The notes beneath the pieces were generated by a model. It had not been told where the DNA came from, searched no databases, and worked only from the letters and a program-made list of their open reading frames with translations. The translations under genes were made by a program, and so were the position numbers. This document shows, piece by piece, positions 54,251 through 64,000 of a DNA stretch of 64,000 bases. This stretch comes from Naegleria gruberi (Eukaryota): the NCBI GenBank assembly GCA_000004985.1, contig GG738859.1; one strand, given 5' to 3'. Positions within the stretch are counted from its first letter, which is position 1. The number at the start of each line of letters is the position of its first letter.

Positions 54251-55945
54251 ATGCGAATTGTTATTGGCTTTGAAATTGGCGTTTTAAGGCCATTGCTTGA
54301 AGTACCCGAGTTGATGGGGTGTGTTTTTGAATATTTGGATTGTTCATCACTGATTACTCTTACAATGACAAGTAAACAATTTTTCGGTTTGCATGAACCA
54401 ATTCAAACTGCAACAATAAGCAACACTTCCTCCGAAGATGAAAAACAAGACGAAAATTCATCATCAATTAATAATAATGATGTTAGCTTATTATTAGATG
54501 TAAATTTGTGGAGATATTTGTTACATTTCTATGAAAAATCTAATGAGAAATTAACTAAATATCAATACGTTTATAATTTTAAGGAATCAATTTGGGGTGC
54601 GAGAGAACGTTCATTTACTAAATACTGTAAAAGTACTTGGTATGAAGTTAATCAATCAAGAAAGGAAATGGATTTAATATTCAAAGAAGATTTATTGGAA
54701 AAGCATAAAATTATTAAGGAAATTATTGAGAAACTCAAGAAATTGTATCCAATATTTAAATTAGCATCAACTCAGATGAATTATATTTTTGATATTGATA
54801 GAAATGGAAGAGCTGCTTGTAGATATAAGCATTGCAAGAGTCATCAATCACTCTCTCAAAATAATGTAAGAGGTAAAACTGTTGAAATTGGTTGCACTAG
54901 TTGGGACGGAGTTTATCACGTTGAGTGTTTTATAGAGTTATTGCACGATAAACATGTGAATGTTGGAGGCATTCAATTTGATTGTGCTATTAATACTAAA
55001 GAGCTGAGAAAAATTTTGTGGAATGCAAAGAATTCAAGATATCGTGTCTATACGTGCGATTCTTGTAATAATATACTCAACCATAAAGTAATATATGGTA
55101 TCAATAATTCAACGACGAAACAAGTAACCTCTCATTACTGCCAAACATGTCTCCCTCAAACCAATTCAAAAAGTATATTCAAATTTGAAAACCAGGTCCT
55201 TCTCAATTGCTCCATTTGCAAGAATAGAGTACAAGACGTACTATTTTGTTGCAAGTGTTGTGAAAATACTTTCATTTGTGGATCGTGTATCTCAAATTTT
55301 ATGTGGGGAAAACACAAACTACACCAGTTTCAAACTGTTGGAAGGTCTACAGAGAAGTATTTAGAGTATTTTGAGTATCTCAAAGAAAGAGAAGAGTCTC
55401 CAGATGAATTAGCTACAACAGAAGTAATTGAAAAAGTTGTTAAGGATTATCAAGATCTAAAATTCCCAAAACCAGAGAAAATTAAAAACCCAATTAAGCC
55501 AAAGAAAAAGAAGCAAAAGACTACACGTAAAAACTCTAAAAAAGAAAGTGAACCATCATCTTCCACTTGTTCAGAAATGGCATCAGTAGAGATTCAAAAT
55601 GAATCAAAATGTGCAGATGAATGCGTAACGCAAGATGATGTGAAAGAAATTTCAAAGAAAGATGAAATTCCACCGGTTATTATCGATCTCTCCAGTCAAT
55701 CTTCCACCAAAGAAGAAACAGTTGACTCTGATTCAATGAGTGATCAGGATGATGATGTCTACCAAGTTGAAAAACTGTTACAATGCAAAACTATTCGTAA
55801 GAAGAAATATTATCTAATCAAATGGAAGGGATATCCAGAGAGTGACAATTCCTGGGAGCCAACAGAAAATATTTCCTCAGACCTTATTGAATCTTTCAAC
55901 AAGGAAAAATCTACCAAAACAAATTCCTCCAAAAGAAAACGATAA
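54251..55945 (+). CDS. F-box-like / Cys-rich zinc-finger / C-terminal chromodomain protein
   Basis: N-terminal LEVPELMGCVFEYLDCSSLITLTMTSKQFF (F-box-like). Central C/H-rich clusters (CRYKHCKSHQ, GCTSWDGVYHVECF, CDSCNNIL, HYCQTCLPQ, CSICKNRVQDVLFCCKCCENTFICGSCISNF). C-terminal chromodomain YQVEKLLQCKTIRKKKYYLIKWKGYPESDNSWEP. Confidence 0.6.
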   Translation: MRIVIGFEIGVLRPLLEVPELMGCVFEYLDCSSLITLTMTSKQFFGLHEPIQTATISNTSSEDEKQDENSSSINNNDVSLLLDVNLWRYLLHFYEKSNEKLTKYQYVYNFKESIWGARERSFTKYCKSTWYEVNQSRKEMDLIFKEDLLEKHKIIKEIIEKLKKLYPIFKLASTQMNYIFDIDRNGRAACRYKHCKSHQSLSQNNVRGKTVEIGCTSWDGVYHVECFIELLHDKHVNVGGIQFDCAINTKELRKILWNAKNSRYRVYTCDSCNNILNHKVIYGINNSTTKQVTSHYCQTCLPQTNSKSIFKFENQVLLNCSICKNRVQDVLFCCKCCENTFICGSCISNFMWGKHKLHQFQTVGRSTEKYLEYFEYLKEREESPDELATTEVIEKVVKDYQDLKFPKPEKIKNPIKPKKKKQKTTRKNSKKESEPSSSTCSEMASVEIQNESKCADECVTQDDVKEISKKDEIPPVIIDLSSQSSTKEETVDSDSMSDQDDDVYQVEKLLQCKTIRKKKYYLIKWKGYPESDNSWEPTENISSDLIESFNKEKSTKTNSSKRKR

Positions 55946-55957
55946 TTTACAAATAAT

Positions 55958-58149
55958 TTATTGAAGAACATCCAACGTTACCTCCAAATCCTGTTCATGA
56001 GAGAAGAGCATTTGTTTTTGAGCAAGATTCATGTAAATTCCATTTGGAATTTTCATCAACTCTTCGTGTGTTCCCGTCTCTTTCAAAACTCCCTTTGCCA
56101 ACACACAAATCTTATCAGAATTTCTAACAGTGGATAATCTGTGAGCAATGCAAATGGTTGTTCTTCCCTTCATTAACAAATCCAAAGCAGCTTGAACGAG
56201 AGCTTCAGATTCAGTATCCAATGCAGAGGTAGCTTCATCCAATAAAAGAATCTTTGGATTTTGTAATAAGGCACGAGCAATACAGACACGTTGCTTTTGA
56301 CCACCTGAGAGTGAAACACCACGTTCACCCAATAATGTATTGTACCCTTCTGGAAGATCCATGATGAAACTGTGACAGTTGGCTGATTTGGCAGCTTCAA
56401 TAACTTGTTCCATTGATGTGTTTTCTTCACCAATTGCATATGCAATATTCTTGTAAATAGTAGTTGCAAACACTGTAAAATGTTAATTTCCTTAAATTCC
56501 AATATTATGAAACAACTTACAAATAGGTTCTATATGAAAATATTAGAAACAATTCGAAACAAAATTAGCAACACTTACCTTGTGTAACAATTCCAAGATT
56601 TCTATGTAACCACATTGGATCCAATTCAGCCAAATCAACTCCATCCAAGTAGACTTTACCACTTGCTGGTTCATAAAATCTTTCCAACAAACCTACAATG
56701 GTTGATTTACCAGAACCTGATGGACCAACCAAAGCAGCAGCTTCACCTGCCTTAATATCCAAACTGAAATTCTTCAATACAGTCACATTTGGACGTGATG
56801 GATAAATAAAATCAACATTTGCAAAGGTTACGTTTCCAATAATTTTTTCAAGTGTTTTACCTCCTTGGAATGGAATGGCTGCCTTTCTCTTTAAGATTTT
56901 CAAAACTGTCTTTTGAGAAACCATAGCTTTAGTATAATCTGGGAAGAAACCACCAGTTCCTGAAATACCCATAATGGCAAAGAGTGAGAGACCAAAGATT
57001 TTCATCATACTTCCAATATTCATCTTTGATTCAACAACTAAACCTCCACCAAACTATGTTACATTATTAGAAACTCAATAAGAAATTACTAATAACTACT
57101 TACCCAGAAAGCTAAAGCAGCAGTTCCCCACAAAATAGCTGTCAATAATCCAAACGTAGCTCCCAAAGAAAATGACTTTCCAATACCAGCCAAATACATC
57201 TTTCTAACATCTCTCTTATATCTTGATCTTTCCTTTTCTTCACCAGCCATTGATCTAACTGTTCTCATACATGATGTTACCTCAGTAGCAATTGCAGCAC
57301 TGTGATCATTGGCTTTGTTAATCTTCAAAGTGAGCTTTCTAATAATTCCTCCAAGAACAACAACACCCAATACCATGAGAGGAGTGGTAGAAATCATAAC
57401 AAGAGCCATTTCCCATCCAGTTGTCAAAGCCAAAACAACACCAACAATGAATTGTGTCATGTTTTGGAAGAGAGTTGCCAATTTGACTGTGTAAATTTCC
57501 TGAATTCTACTAATATCCTCAGATAGAGTAATGGTAAGACTTCCAACCTTCTTAATATCAAAGAAACCCATTTCTTGAGTGGTGAGTGAATCAAAATAGG
57601 CACCTCTCAAAGCTACACCAATTCTTTCACTTGCCCAATTCAAGAAGAATTGAGACATGAAATTGGCAATGGCAGAACCTGCAGCAATAATGGCAAATTG
57701 ACCTGCATAGGTTGAAATGAGAGATTTTTGCTCAGCGACAGTAATTGCAGTACCATCAGCTTTTGTTGGTGAAAAGACATTAACTAAATCACCCATAACA
57801 AATTGGAAACTGAATTAACATGAGTATAATAATAATGGACATTTTGAACAGTAAATTAACACATGCGTTCTGAATAAACTTACCTGATTGGAATAACACC
57901 ACTTCCCATAGCTCCAATTGTTCCCAATAGAATAATAATCCAATTAATACCAATAATCTTATAAATTGTGAATGCATCATGGAATTTCAAATCTGGTTCT
58001 CTAACATCATGAATTTGCTCATCTCCACCACTTTGAGCTTGTTGTTTCTGTTGGTCAGCATCCTTCTTCTTGAATGGATTTCTTGATTTTCTTTGAGTTT
58101 GATCAGCTTGATTAGATGAAATCTCAACCTCAATTTTATCTTGGGTCAT
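55958..58149 (-). CDS. ABC transporter, B-family half-transporter (TMD-NBD). Exons 58149..57894, 57809..57104, 57043..56579, 56472..55958.
   Basis: Walker [10 protein letters not shown], signature LSGGQKQR, Walker [14 protein letters not shown]-loop IAHRL. Six-helix TMD. Three introns (84, 60 and 106 nt) with GTAAGT donors and consistent phases; for example ...[14 protein letters not shown] spans the last intron. Confidence 0.8.
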
Positions 58150-58591
58150 GTGTTTGATTCTGTTTTTTCTTGAAAATTGTATTGAGACAACAACATCTAT
58201 TGAATCTTGTGCTTAAAAAGATCAAGAAGAACGGCCAATTAAACAACGACTATTGCGAGAGTTCTTAGGACGCCAACAGCGAGAGCTATTGTAGCCCTGT
58301 TCATTTCATCTTGTAATTAGTTGAAACATGGTAGCAGATACGACTCGATTCCAATTACGTGCGGTATAGTGGAGGACTAGTGAGGGGTAAGACTAGTGCT
58401 GTCATGATGATAGAATGTAACCTTAAAGTAGTCCTAGATGTTGTTTGTTGAATGACTTTTTTAATTAAATAAAAAAATTTACAACGCAATATTTGTGCAT
58501 TTCTATTCTTTGTTCAAATTTCATGCTCTATGAAAATAAGCTTATTCGTAAAATGTTCTGTAAATAGAACACAATTTAAAATTAAAATAAA

Positions 58592-58885
58592 ATGAGAGTA
58601 TTTAAAGTTGATAGTCCATATGATGCTGATTTGAAAATTCTTCGTGTGATCAGTGATTATGATGCCGATTGTGCTGTAAAATGGGTTGATAGTATTTATG
58701 ATGATACAACCGAATTGTTGTGGTATCATGTTGGATCCCGTTTTGATGATGCTATTAAAATTTTTTATGTCGATAGTGCCTACGATTGTGATATTAAGAT
58801 CAAATTTGTTGATTCACTGTATGATGCTAGATGGTTTACCGAAGATAAGAAGAACCTTTTGAAGAATAATGCACCAACTTATTAA
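58592..58885 (+). CDS. Small acidic protein (97 aa) made of five tandem 12-13-aa VDSxYDxD repeats
   Basis: KVDSPYDADLKI / RVISDYDADCAVKW / VDSIYDDTTELLW / YVDSAYDCDIKIKF / VDSLYDARWF. The repeat is also visible at the DNA level (gttgatagtNNNtatgatgMtgat). Confidence 0.4.
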   Translation: MRVFKVDSPYDADLKILRVISDYDADCAVKWVDSIYDDTTELLWYHVGSRFDDAIKIFYVDSAYDCDIKIKFVDSLYDARWFTEDKKNLLKNNAPTY

Positions 58886-58912
58886 ATAATTTTGTATTTT
58901 ACTCTCTTAGAT

Positions 58913-61090
58913 TTATTCTTTCAATTTGCCCTGTTTGAATTCAAGCAAAATATCCTTGACAGTAATGACACCATCCTTGTCGGCATCAATTCTGTCAATA
59001 ATTTCCTTTATCAATTCTTCTGATGGTTTTTCTTTCAAAACACTGAGAGCTTGTTTAAGTTCTTCAACTGTAATAACACCATCCTTATCCTTATCCAAAA
59101 GATTAAGAGAATCAGCAATAGATTGATCAACATAATCAATATCCTTTTCAATCTTTTCAATCAATTTACCAACTCTGTTACTAAGTCTACTAATCTTGAC
59201 AACAGGATCTTGTCCTTTAGTTTGGTCAACAATATCAATATGATCACTGATTAAATCTTCCAATTCTTCTCTTTCAGGTTCCACTGAACTTCTTGAAGCC
59301 AAAGTAGCAAGAATTTCATTAAGAATTCTAATCTTTTCTTCCTTAGCTTTCTTAACTTCTTCCTTTTCAAATTCAGGATCAAGAGCAACTTTTGGTGCTT
59401 CTGGAGCAGTTTCAACTGGAGTTTGTTTAGATTCAGTTGTTGTTGATGGAGTAGCTGGAGTTGAGCTTGTTAATTCTTCCTTCAAGACGAATTTCTTCTT
59501 TTCCTCTTCTTCAGTCTTAATTAACTTTTCGGTACGTTTCAGTGAAGCAAGTTTCTTTTCATAATCTTGAGTTGGAGAAGTTTGCATACCGACTTCATCG
59601 ACAACTTCATCTGAAAGAGAACCAAGAGCCATCTTGATAGCTTCCTCACTTTGTACCTTATCATTGAAAACAAAAGCACGAGATATAATAAGTAATGATG
59701 ATGGAATATTCTTATCAAATGATAATTCAATCCATTCTCTCAATTGTTTTTGAAGTTCCTTCTTTGATACTCCAATTTTCATACCTCTTTCCTTACAGGC
59801 ATACATAAGCTCTTCATTTGAAAGAGAGTTAACACCTTCCCAATAAATTAAACGATCATCAGCCTTCAATCTTCTCATCTTTGATCTCAATCTGTATCTA
59901 AGAATTGCATCAGATCCGTATGGCGTAATACCCATATATTTACACATAGCAACAAGTTGTGCTCTTGACATGTGATCCAAAGTAATTTCATCTTTGAAAA
60001 GTTTAGCAAATTTAACAATATCATCATTAGAACAACTTTCACCATTTCTAATCTTTTCAATAAAATTATTCAATTCCTCGGATTGAGCAGCTGTTTCAGT
60101 AGATTCACTGCTTCTCAAATCTTGTACCATCAATTCAACTGTATCTTGTAAGAATTTAGCAAGTTCAACTTTAGCTTTAACTTCTTTCAATAATTTTTCC
60201 TTCTTTTTTAATCCATCTTCAAATTGTGATGGAAGCATATTTGGGAAGAGTTTCAACAGAACTGGTAAAGCAAATTCCAAGAATGGTACAACAACAATAA
60301 TTGCAAAAGGTACGAGACGGAAAATATCTGAAACTGTTCTCAAAAGTTGATTTCTTTCTCTTCTTGATAATGCATTACCTCTCAAAACTTTTGTTGTTAA
60401 AGCAAATGCATATCGTACGTCACTTGCTAATAATTTACTTCCTGCAACATAGTGTTTAATTTCATGAACAGTAACATCCCTAGCTTTAGCATACCAATCC
60501 TTCACAACAGTAGGTCTCATTATAACACTCTTAAGAGCATCAAAAAGAAATACTGTAACTTTCCAAGTAACACCAGGAATAGCTTTAACTATTGAGAGTG
60601 ATTTGTCCTTTGCAATTTGAACAACACTATCGGCATTCATTGGTGTAAGAAGTGATTTTGCTGTTGATGAATTCTTCATTCTTTCCTCGATTTTTTTCTT
60701 TGCTTCAAGTATTCTTTGATTTTGATTATTATCATTATCGGAGGAAGGTGGGACATTATTTAAATTAATAATGTTTGTATGATAAGAAGCTATTTTGTTG
60801 CTCCACAAATTATTATTGTTAAGCAGAGAAGATCCAATATGAGAACTAAATATATTAATTAATAGAAGAAAATCAAATACCTACTTCGATATCGAAGAAA
60901 AGATAGGCTTTGAATTTATCAATCTTGACGAAGAAGAAAAATTTAGTCCAGAATTATTTTTCATCATCATATGACCACTACCAATGGTCATTGATAAGGC
61001 GGTATTGTGGTGATTTAAAACATTCGAACTGTGAGAAAGCAACTTTGATACTGTACAAAGAGCGTGTCGCGAAGTGAGAGTACTCTTCAT
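58913..61090 (-). CDS. LETM1: LETM1/Mdm38 family mitochondrial inner-membrane protein with C-terminal EF-hands. Exons 61090..60885 and 60845..58913.
   Basis: LETM1 core RERNQLLRTVSDIFRLVPFAIIVVVPFLEFALPVLLKLFPNMLPSQFE. Two EF-hand loops DKDKDGVITVEEL and DADKDGVITVKDI. The 39-nt intron GTAGGT...TTTAG follows a presequence-like first exon. Confidence 0.8.
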
Positions 61091-61200
61091 TTTTTAAAGC
61101 GATTTTTAAATTTTGATTAACGTTAATGATTTTGCTTTTTGCTGTGTGGCAATCAATTAAAATAAATATTCTGTAAATTGTCTTGTTGGGACTTTTAAAA

Positions 61201-61300
61201 GGTGTGACTTCACAGTTGTTGTGTGCTTGTTTTTCCTTATGCTATTATGGTGTGACTTCACGGTCGTATTGTATGGTTGTTTTTTTGTTTCGTGAGTATT
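61201..61300. repeat. Two-copy direct repeat (about 48-50 nt units) beginning ggtgtgacttcac(a/g)gt(t/c)gt..., 110-210 bp upstream of the LETM1 start codon
   Basis: Read directly: ggtgtgacttcacagttgttgtgtgcttgtttttcc... followed by ggtgtgacttcacggtcgtattgtatggttgttttttt... Confidence 0.5.
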
Positions 61301-62101
61301 GTTTTCTGAAATCAAGCGAAAAGAATCAATATTCGTGGTGTTTTTATTGATTGAATTCAATCATCTCACCAAACGCTGATTTAAGAGGTGTGTATTCTAT
61401 CAAAATCTTGTCCTTATTGCTATAGATTTGTGGCTGAGTTAAACTAATCAATAAGAAATTGGAAAGAATATTCCATTCAATCACCTTAGAGATTTGATAT
61501 CAATTTGATTCAATTCACATTGTTTTCAATTCTGAATCATAATAATAATCATAATAATATCTACAAGCTAATAATATGGGACAATAATGCACAGTTAAGA
61601 GAGAGATGCTCACCTTATTCGATAACACATAGAGAGGCACAGAATAATTTGGAAGTCTTTATCCCCAAATTTTATTTCTTCCACCTCACTAGTTGACATT
61701 TGAATACAAAACACGTCAACTGTCTTAGAATGTGACGAGTAAAGCATAAGGGATGAGCAATACTCTTTCGCTGTCTCCCACGATACTCATCTGTGAACTC
61801 TAGAGCCGTTGTGATCCTTTTTCTCAACAACACAACTTGGAAAAAATAGCTTTGCGTTCATCTAACTGCTGCTGATTGTTGTTTGTGCTACTCTACTCTT
61901 CAAGGGAATATAACAACAAGCGAGGTTTTTTTAAATTGAATAACGCAATAATAATATATACTTCATCACACACAACACACTAATAATTTGGAGACAATTG
62001 TCATTCATATTTTGTAGTAGTAGTTTTTAAAAACAAAATTAACTAGTAGTTTAATTCCTACTTGCTTGTATAATTTATATATCATCACCATACATATAAG
62101 A

Positions 62102-63596
62102 ATGGGCTTTTTCACTAAAAAAAAGGATAAATCACCAGCCTACGATGCTGATGCAATCAAGTGCGAAATTTCTGGGCCAACCGACTTTAAAAGGGGAGTG
62201 CATATTGAAGTTGACCTCAACCAAGGTACTTTGAAAGGTGTACCAACACAATGGAAAGATACATTTGGAGATAGTGCTCAATATGATGAAAATTCTGCTG
62301 TGAATCCAAATCTCTTACCTACAATGAGCTCATCTCAAGATAATGTTCAAGGATTTGTTATTTCAAAACCATTCGAATTCAAACATAATATTCACGTTGA
62401 CTATAACAGTGAGGTAGGTTTTATTATTATTTTGACAGTTGGTTGACTAATTTCAAATAGACCGGTTTCGTTGGTCTTCCACCAGAATGGGAAACCATGC
62501 TTAAAACATCTGGTATCACAAAAGATGAAGCTGTTCAAAATCAAGATGCTGTTTTGGGTATTTTGGACTTGGCAACTAATAATATGCAAAGACCAGATGA
62601 AGCAGCTGCTAAACAAAAACCAATTGGCGGTAAGAAACAACGTCTTGTTGAATATCTCCAAAATGAAGACCCAACTAAAGTATTTGGTAAACTCCAAAGA
62701 CTTGATGAAGGTTCTTCTGCCGTTGTTTACAAGGGTATTCACAACAAGACTGGTATGAAAGTTGCCATCAAGATTATACAGATTAAAGCTGACACCAAGT
62801 TAGAAACATTAGAAAACGAAATTGCAATGATGCACTCTTGTCAACATGAAAATATTGTAAAATACGTAGGAGCATACTCACACAATCAAGATTTGTGGAT
62901 TGTCATGGAAATGATGAGTGGTGGTAAACTCACAGATTTGTTATTGAGCACTCAATTCTCTGAACCAGAAATTGCTGCTGTTTGTAAGGAAATTTTGAAA
63001 TCACTCAAGTACCTCCACGATAATCAAAGAATTCACCGTGATATCAAATCAGATAACGTACTTCTTGGAGAAAATGGTGATGTCAAATTGGCTGACTTTG
63101 GTTTCTGTGCTGAATTATCCCAAACTGCTGATAAGAGACGATCAGTCGTTGGTACTCCATACTGGATGGTAAGTTTTCTTGTTTTAATTCAATTTTAAAT
63201 TTACAATTTTATTATAGGCACCTGTAAGTTTAGTTTTTCAATTTTATTTATTTAAATATTATTATTTAGGAAGTTATTCGTGGAGTTGATTATGACACCA
63301 AGGTTGACATTTGGTCTTTGGGTATTATGGCTTTGGAAATGGCTGATGGTGAACCACCATTGCTTGACTTGCCACCATTGAGAGCTTTGTTCATTATTGC
63401 CACTCAACCACCTCCAACTTTGAGAGAACCAGAGAAGTGGTCAAATGTCTTTAAGGACTTTTTGGCTTGTGCTCTTGCTAAGAATCCTCAAAAGAGAGCC
63501 TCAGCTGATGATCTTTTGAACCATCCATTCATTCAAAAGGCTACTGATACTAAGTTCCTTGTTGAACTCATTAAGAAGTATAAGTTGAAGAAATAA
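62102..63596 (+). CDS. PAK: p21-activated kinase (PAK/STE20 family) with an N-terminal CRIB motif. Exons 62102..62413, 62461..63168, 63218..63223 (6-nt micro-exon), 63270..63596.
   Basis: CRIB ISGPTDFKRGVHIEVD. Kinase motifs VAIK, HRDIKSDNVLL, DFG, GTPYWM|AP|EVIRG. The GTAGGT and GTAAGT introns restore frame. The 'gcacct' micro-exon is flanked by ...ttatag and gtaagt. Confidence 0.8.
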
Positions 63597-63896
63597 GCAA
63601 AATATTGTACCAATAACACAGTAATCCAAATGTAAAAATTCATCAAATTTTGACAATGAGTAAAATGCACCACCAACAACAATAAATAAACCATATTTAA
63701 CCTTAAAAACATTAAAATTTCACCATTTCAATAACCAATTATGGAAAAGCTAAAGTATTCCTATATAATTTTGAGTTTATTGTAACTGTGTTTCATTTCT
63801 TCATAATAATATCAGTATTAATAGCTCAGTGTTGTGCCTTATGATTCTGGGTTTAAAATTTTTCGAAAAAGAAAAAAGAAAATAAAGTTTAAAAAA

Positions 63897-64000
63897 ATGA
63901 GCCATGATGACAATTCAAATGCTGTCGATACACAACAACAGAACGATCATCAAAATCTTCCAACCACAACAATAACAAACGACGAAAATAACAATTTTGA
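63897..64000 (+). CDS. 5' end of a further gene (truncated by the window edge)
   Basis: aaaaaaATGagccatgatgac... Open to the end of the window (MSHDDNSNAVDTQQQNDHQNLPTTTITNDENNNF). Confidence 0.3.
   Translation, partial: MSHDDNSNAVDTQQQNDHQNLPTTTITNDENNNF

Noticed and set aside
58290-58400. tRNA-like B-box fragment (gactcgattcc) upstream of the ABC transporter
   Set aside because: No matching acceptor stem, D-arm or anticodon arm can be built on either strand. It is probably chance similarity within promoter sequence.
1-64000. Prokaryotic-style systems (CRISPR arrays, defense islands, operons, transposons/IS elements)
   Set aside because: The sequence is plainly eukaryotic nuclear DNA: spliceosomal introns, an intron-containing tRNA, and eukaryote-specific gene families. 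There are no direct-repeat/spacer arrays, terminal inverted repeats, LTRs or transposase/reverse-transcriptase ORFs.

Overview
Nuclear DNA from an AT-rich amoebozoan, most likely a dictyostelid social amoeba. The evidence is poly-Asn/Gln/Thr coding tracts, A-runs before start codons, GTAAGT...AG introns, a tRNA-Tyr with an intron, and a gene set with clear eukaryotic homologs. The window has no prokaryotic features: no CRISPR, operons or defense islands. It holds about 36 protein-coding genes and one tRNA, packed very tightly. Introns are 36-106 nt. Stop codons of convergent genes sit 5-26 nt apart. Two divergent start codons are only 39 nt apart. Genes I recognise by family motifs:
- UTP20 (small-subunit processome)
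- a plant-type DUF789 protein
- an 8-kb single-exon gene combining an N-terminal DOCK DHR-1 domain with a C-terminal RasGEF (REM+CDC25) module
- NOC4
- a TPR protein
- NCA2
- a dolichyldiphosphatase-like PAP2 protein
- EB1
- CHMP6/Vps20
- a Tctex-1 dynein light chain
- a ThrE/DUF1212 membrane protein
- a class-3 (DAGL-like) lipase
- SART1/Snu66
- a TDP2-like EEP nuclease
- an RGS-domain protein
- an ERI1-like exonuclease
- an F-box/Cys-rich/chromodomain protein
- an ABCB half-transporter
- LETM1
- a CRIB-containing PAK kinase.
Most notable observations: the DOCK-DHR1/RasGEF fusion architecture; three reading-frame discontinuities inside the otherwise intact UTP20 gene; a 6-nt micro-exon encoding the Ala-Pro of the kinase APE motif in the PAK gene; the extreme gene compaction; and a small gene encoding five tandem VDSxYDxD repeats. 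All identifications rest on motif recognition by eye. Nothing was searched against a database.
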